In this document: one piece after another, positions 55,072 to 64,000 of the stretch
Layout of the letters: the number at the start of each line of letters is the position of its first letter
Position numbering within the stretch: position 1 is the stretch's first letter
DNA from: an uncultured Acidobacteriota bacterium
Lineage (GTDB): Bacteria > Acidobacteriota > Vicinamibacteria > Vicinamibacterales > JAKQTR01
Reading direction: 5' to 3'
Length of the DNA stretch: 64,000 nt
Assembly: GCA_963806085.1 (NCBI GenBank)
Contig: CAWDWR010000003.1
Coordinates: forward strand, 943,498-1,007,497
Program-made: the position numbers and the translations under genes
The notes under the pieces: generated by a model
Seen by the model: the letters and a program-made list of their open reading frames with translations, nothing else
What the model was told of the DNA's origin: nothing
Databases searched by the model: none

Positions 55072-55104
55072 CGATCCGCCGACCCGGCGGCTGGAGATGG
55101 CGCC

Positions 55105-57257
55105 GTGACGAGACGCGTGTCAGGACTGGCCGTCTGGCTGGCGCTGCTGGCCGCGGGCCCGGCCGTGGGCCAAGCCCGCGCGCCTCAGCCCGCGCCGGTA
55201 ACATTCGAACAGAAGCTGGCCTGGATGCTCAGGCTGGAAGACCAGCGGATCCTCCGTGCCCCGGCGCCGCCGCCGGCGGCCGAACCGGCTCCGGCGAAAG
55301 GGCGCCGCCCGAAGCAGGTCCTGGCGCCTCCGCCGCCCGCGCCCGACCTGCTCGCGCTCCTCATCGATCCCGATGGACGGGTGCGCCGCCGCGCTGCCCA
55401 GGCGACAGGGCGGGTCGGGCTGCCGGAGGGCGTCGCGCCGCTGGCGGCCGTGCTCGCCGGCGACGGCGATGCCGACGTGCGGCAGATGGCGGCCTTCGCG
55501 ATGGGGCTCATCGGCCATCCGTCGGCCGTCGAGCCCCTGCGGGCCGCCTTGCGCGACCCGTCGCCGCTGGTGCAGGGGCGCGCGGCCGAGGCGCTCGGGC
55601 TCGTGGGCGATGCCGGTTCGGCTCAGGCTATCGCCGCCATGGCGTCCGGCCATCTCCCGGCACTGAAGGCGGCGGTCCTCGGGGCTGACGACGGCGCCTA
55701 CCCGCTCGATCCTCCCGCGGAAGCGTTCCGCCTCGGCGTCTATGCCCTGACGCGGCTCAAGGCGGCCGACGCGCTGCTGTCGCTCGTGCTGGACGCCGCA
55801 GGGCAGCCGCGTCTCGCGTGGTGGCCCGTGGCGTACGCGCTGTCCAGGACGGATGACGCGCGCGTGGTGCCCGCGCTCGCAACTCTGGTGCGGAGCGGGA
55901 ACCGCGTCTCCCGCGCGTTCGCGGCACGCGGCCTCGGGGCGCGCAAGGCGGCGGGGAGCATCGGCCTCCTCGCGCCGCTCGTGGGGGGCTGGCAGACCGA
56001 CCGCGGGACCGCGGTGGCGGCGATCCGGGCGCTCGCGCAGATCGGCGGCGCCGAAGCCGCCGCGCCGATCAGGGCCGTGGCGCAGGCGCGCGACGCCGAC
56101 CCGAACGTCCGGCTCGAGGCCGTCACGGCGCTCGGCGCGCTCAAGGATCACGAGGCTCTGAACCTCGTGCTCGACGCCGTCACCGATCCGTGGCCCGCGA
56201 TGCGCGCCGCCGGCCTGCGGGCGCTGAAGGACATCGACCTCGACACATTCGTCATCGTGCTGTCGGGGCTCGACGCGGACCCGCACCCGAGCGTGAGGAC
56301 GGCCGTGGTGTCGCTGCTGCCGGCGCTCGGACCGGCGCGCGCCATCCCCAGGCTCGCGGCCTCGATGACCGGCCCCGACGCCGCGGTGGCCGCCGCCGCC
56401 ATCACCGCCATGCTGGCCATGCCCGAGAAGCCGGCTGACTTCGCCGCCACGCTGCAGCGCCTGCTCGCCAGCGGCGACGTGATGGTGCGTGCGGCGGCCG
56501 CGTCGGCCCTGGGCGAACTGAAGCCGCCTGGCGGTGAGCGGGCGCTCACCGCCGCGTACACGGCCGGCCTGGCCGACGACCTGTATCAGGCGCGCGCGGC
56601 CGCGCTTGTCGCGCTCGCGAAGTACGGCGCGGCTGCCGCGTCGGCCGTGCTGAACGACGCGCTCGCGCGACCGCGAGTGGCCGGTGCGGCTGCGCGCCGC
56701 CGAGCTGCTGCGCGCCTTCGATCCCGCCAGCGACGCGAGCGAGAGGATCAGGCCGGCGCCCGGGCGGCCCGTCGAGGCGTACGGCGCGCCGGCGCTGGTC
56801 GCGCCGCAGGTGTCGCCGCACGTGTTCCTCGACACGGACAAGGGGTCGGTGGAGATCGAACTGGCCGTGCTCGACGCGCCGCTCACCGCGGAGAGTTTCC
56901 TCGCGCTGGCGCGCCGGGGCTACTTCAGCGGGAATGGCGATCCATCGCGTCGTGCCGAACTTCGTCGTCCAGGCCGGCGACCGGCGCGGTGATGGCGAAG
57001 GCGGGCCCGGCTACACGCTGCGCGACGAGATCAACATGCTGCCGTACCTGCGCGGCACGGTCGGCATGGCGCTCGACGGCGCGGACACCGGCGGCAGCCA
57101 GTTCTTCATCACGCTCTCGCCTCAGCCGCACCTCGACGGGAAGTACACCGTCTTCGGCCGCGTGGTGGCCGGCATGGACGTGGTCGATCGCCTGCAGCAG
57201 TGGGATGTCATCCGGCGCGTACGCGCGTGGGACGGCGTCGAACTGGTCGTGCGCTAG
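55105..57257 (+). CDS. Secreted HEAT-repeat protein fused to a C-terminal cyclophilin-type peptidyl-prolyl isomerase, frameshifted in this assembly
   Basis: GTG start and a signal peptide (LAVWLALLAAGPAVGQA). About 550 aa of HEAT/PBS-lyase-like repeats follow (DPDGRVRRRAAQATGRVG, DADVRQMAAFAMGLIG, DPSPLVQGRAAEALGLVG). The PPIase part reads FLDTDKGSVEIEL, AIHRVVPNFVVQAGD, TGGSQFFIT, KYTVFGRVV. Confidence 0.75.
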
Positions 57258-57330
57258 CCTGCCTGCAGCCATCGCGGCCGGCCGGCGGCTGCTGCACCGT
57301 CGTCTTCGCCAGGCTCGTGATCCCGCGTAC

Positions 57331-57358
57331 AAAAAAACGGGGGTGAGATCACCCCCGT
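57331..57358 (-). terminator. Rho-independent terminator of the AKK minigene
   Basis: The minus strand reads ACGGGGGTG atct CACCCCCGT (9-bp GC-rich stem) followed by TTTTTTT. Confidence 0.85.
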
Positions 57359-57375
57359 CATCGGCGCATCGAAGC

Positions 57376-57429
57376 TTAGCGCTTCTTCGCAGCCTTCTTC
57401 GTCGCCTTCTTCGCAGTCTTCTTCGCCAT
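57376..57429 (-). CDS. 17-aa Lys/Ala-rich small protein MAKKTAKKATKKAAKKR
   Basis: The ATG is preceded by GAGGAGGAACA. The ORF is built from 12-nt repeats, which are four AKK-type units. It has its own promoter (57523-57550) and terminator (57331-57358). It was too short for the ORF track. Confidence 0.55.
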   Translation of the reverse strand: MAKKTAKKATKKAAKKR

Positions 57430-57522
57430 TGTTCCTCCTCGGAATGTGGCTGCTCAGCTGGTTACCGCCGCCGATCGATCACAAGCTCTGGGCTGAGCGA
57501 ACCAGGCTCATACAAGCTGTAG

Positions 57523-57550
57523 ATTATGGATGAGAACAAAACGATGTCAA
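57523..57550 (-). promoter_or_regulatory. Near-consensus sigma-70 promoter of the AKK minigene
   Basis: The minus strand reads TTGACA - 16 nt - CATAAT, in an AT-rich patch about 95 nt upstream of the ATG. Confidence 0.6.
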
Positions 57551-57556
57551 GCACAA

Positions 57557-57581
57557 AGTTGCGTCCGCGCGCAACTTTTTT
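57557..57581. terminator. Hairpin with flanking A- and T-tracts downstream of the TPR gene (candidate bidirectional terminator)
   Basis: AAAGTTGCG tccgcg CGCAACTTTTTT. On the minus strand the stem is followed by TTTGTGCTT. Confidence 0.5.
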
Positions 57582-57649
57582 CGATCGCGATCGCTGATGA
57601 CGGCGATCGGGACCGCGCGCGGCGAGGATGAATTGTGCGGGACGCGAGG

Positions 57650-60382
<2,733 letters not shown>

Positions 60383-60425
60383 CGGACTAATATATCCCGA
60401 TGCGTCGTCGGTGACCTGCTGGTAG

Positions 60426-62091
<1,666 letters not shown>

Positions 62092-62095
<4 letters not shown>

Positions 62096-63664
62096 AGAAC
62101 TTGCGCTGGAGGGTGATCACCATCCTCGTCGTCGTGGGCCTCGCCATCTGGGCGATCATCCCGCCCGACCAGAAGATCAAGCTCGGGCTGGACCTCAAGG
62201 GCGGCGTCCACCTGGTGCTCCGCGTCCAGACCGACGACGCGCTCCGCCTCGACACCGACACGACGATGGAGCAGTTGCGGGAGGCGGCCGAGGGCAAGGG
62301 ACTGACGAGCCTGACCTTCACCGGCGTCGATCCCGACCCGGTTCCGGGTCGAGGGCGTGCCCCAGGGCCAGGACGCGGCGTTCCGCGAGGCGGCCACCGA
62401 GATCGAGACCCGGTTCAACCGGGAATCCGGTGACGGCCGGCTCCTACAGCTTCGTGATGAAGCCGAACCTCGTCGTTCAGCTGCGCGAGGACGCGGTGAC
62501 GCAGGCGCTGCAGACCATCGAGCGGCGGGTCAACGAGCTGGGAGTCGCCGAGCCGATCATCGCGAGGACCGGCAGCGCAGAACGACCAGCTCATTGTCGA
62601 GCTGCCGGGCGTGAGCCAGGTGGCGCGCGCCAAGGAGCATCATCAGCTCCACGGCGCTGCTCGAGCTGAAGCTGGTCGAGGACGGCCCGGCGAGCACGAA
62701 GGAGCAGCTCCTCCAGGCCCGCGGCGGCGTGTTGCCCGGCAACATGGACATCGTGCCCGGCGTGAGCGACACGAGACGCGCCGGCGAGCGCGCCGAGACC
62801 GTGTACTACCTGGTGCGGAAAGTCGCCGTCGTGACAGGCCGCGACCTGCGCAACGCGAAGCCCTCGCTCGACGAGACGAACCGGCCGGCGGTCAGCTTCT
62901 CGCTGAACACGGACGGGGCGCGCAAGTTCGGCAAGGCCACCGGCGAGAACATCGGCCGCCGCCTCGCCGATCATCCTGGACGGCCGCGTGCAGTCGGCGC
63001 CCGTGATCGAGGGCCGCATCTTCGACGAGGGCCGCATCTCCGGCACGCTTCACCCAGCAGGAGACTCAGGACCTCTCGCTCGTGCTGCGGTCGGGCGCCC
63101 TGCCGGCGTCGCTGACCTACCTCGAGGAGAACACCGTCGGGCCGTCGCTCGGCGCCGACTCGATCCGGTCCGGCGTGCATGGCGTCGATCGCCGGACTTG
63201 CCGCGGTCGTCGTGTTCATGCTGTTCTACTACCACCTGGCCGGGCATCAACGCGATCGTGGCCCTGGTGTTCAACCTGGCGATCCTGCTCGGCCTGATGT
63301 CGTACATCGGCGCGACGATGACGCTGCCCGGCATCGCCGGCTTCGTGCTGACGATGGGCATCGGCGTCGACTCGAACGTGCTGATTTTCGAGCGCATCAA
63401 GGAGGAGCTCGGCCGGCCGGGCGCAGCGTCCGGCAGGCGATCGACGCCGGCTTCAGCCGCGTGTTGACGACCCTGATCGACACGCACGTCGCCTCGCTCA
63501 TCTCGGCGGCGTTCCTGTTCCAGTTCGGCACCGGCCCCATCCGGGGCTTTGCGACGACGCTGACGTTCGGCTTGTTGTCGAACCTGTTCACCGCGACATT
63601 CGTGTCCAAGACGATCTTCGAACTGGTCCTGGCGGGCCGGAAGGTCACGAAGCTGAGCATCTAA
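62092..63664 (+). CDS. secD: Protein translocase subunit SecD, frameshifted in this assembly
   Basis: Segments: [101 protein letters not shown]. At least 5 frame changes. Confidence 0.88.
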
Positions 63665-63682
63665 GGACCGGCGGCTGGCACC

Positions 63683-64000
63683 ATGCAGATCTTCAAGAAT
63701 CCCAATTTCAACTTCGTCAAGTACCGGTGGCATGCGCTGGTCCTGTCGTGGCTCGTCATCGGGGCGGGCCTCCTCACGATCGTCACGCAGGGCCTGCCCA
63801 TGGGCGTCGAGTTCTCGGGCGGCACCATCGTCATCGTGAAGTTCGACGCGACGCCGTCCGTGCAGAGCGTCCGCGACGCGCTCAGCCGGCACCAGGGGTT
63901 GACCGCCGGCCAGAACATCGTCGTGCAGCGGTACGGGGACGAGGCGGCTCGCGAGGTCCTGTCCGCCTGCCGGAAGTGGGCGCGGAGCAGGGGACCGGGC
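63683..64000 (+). CDS. secF: Protein translocase subunit SecF, N-terminal part (runs off window end)
   Basis: MQIFKNPNFNFVKYRWHALVLSWLVIGAGLLTIV..GVEFSGGTIVIVKF. It follows secD. Confidence 0.8.
   Translation, partial: MQIFKNPNFNFVKYRWHALVLSWLVIGAGLLTIVTQGLPMGVEFSGGTIVIVKFDATPSVQSVRDALSRHQGLTAGQNIVVQRYGDEAAREVLSACRKWARSRGPG

Noticed and set aside
57430-57515. An H-type pseudoknot in the leader of the AKK minigene
   Set aside because: The two helices (CUGGUU/AACCAG and GCUCAGC/GCUGAGC) cross. The 3' strands are directly adjacent, which leaves a zero-length loop, so both cannot form at once. They are at best alternative pairings and are noted only as such.
54814-57522. A 902-aa plus-strand ORF taken as one protein
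   Set aside because: Its first about 100 codons are antisense to the dNK gene. Its tail beyond 57257 is out-of-frame read-through. The credible gene starts at GTG 55105, at the signal peptide, and ends at 57257 after two frame corrections.

Overview
This is a high-GC (by eye about 70%) chromosomal window from a Gram-negative bacterium. LptD, SecDF/YajC, HtpX and a TAT-signal sugar isomerase fit an Acidobacteriota- or Gemmatimonadota-like organism, but the taxon cannot be fixed from sequence alone.

Gene content, in order:
- A reduced division/cell-wall cluster: murD', ftsW, murC, ftsQ, ftsA, ftsZ.
- A radical-SAM gene and a GT-C-like membrane protein.
- acpS, pgeF, an RNase H and tRNA-Met, then rpoD-dnaG-mutS2.
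- larB, a processive GT2, lepA-lepB, an M28 peptidase, hutI, divIVA-yggS.
- dinG-glyA-rpiB, rlmI, an M20 peptidase, htpX.
- A roughly 4.6 kb lower-GC islet: a structured non-coding stretch, a hemerythrin gene, decayed ORFs and an intact IS1634-type IS.
- A long minus-strand array: dNK, accD, folC, lptD, rfbB, two SDR genes, then a VTE5-like kinase, a VTE6/DUF92-like kinase and a homogentisate-type UbiA prenyltransferase.
- A HEAT-cyclophilin fusion, a TPR protein, ddl, and tgt-yajC-secD-secF'.

Two window-wide observations dominate.
1. About two thirds of the genes, including essential ones (rpoD, ftsZ, dnaG, secD, accD, lepA), need one or more frame changes to read. This looks like consensus indel error, not biology. 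All spans for those genes are therefore composite.
2. At least seven spacers, plus one site inside tgt, hold hairpins or arrays whose arms are tandem 7-nt repeats. I cannot assign these to any described repeat family, and they are the best candidate for something new here.

Other items worth a second look are a self-contained 17-codon Lys/Ala-rich minigene with its own promoter, SD and terminator, the three-gene prenol-salvage/prenyltransferase module, and an RNase-P-S-domain-like, T-loop-rich non-coding stretch. No database search or computation was run. Family names come from recognised motifs.
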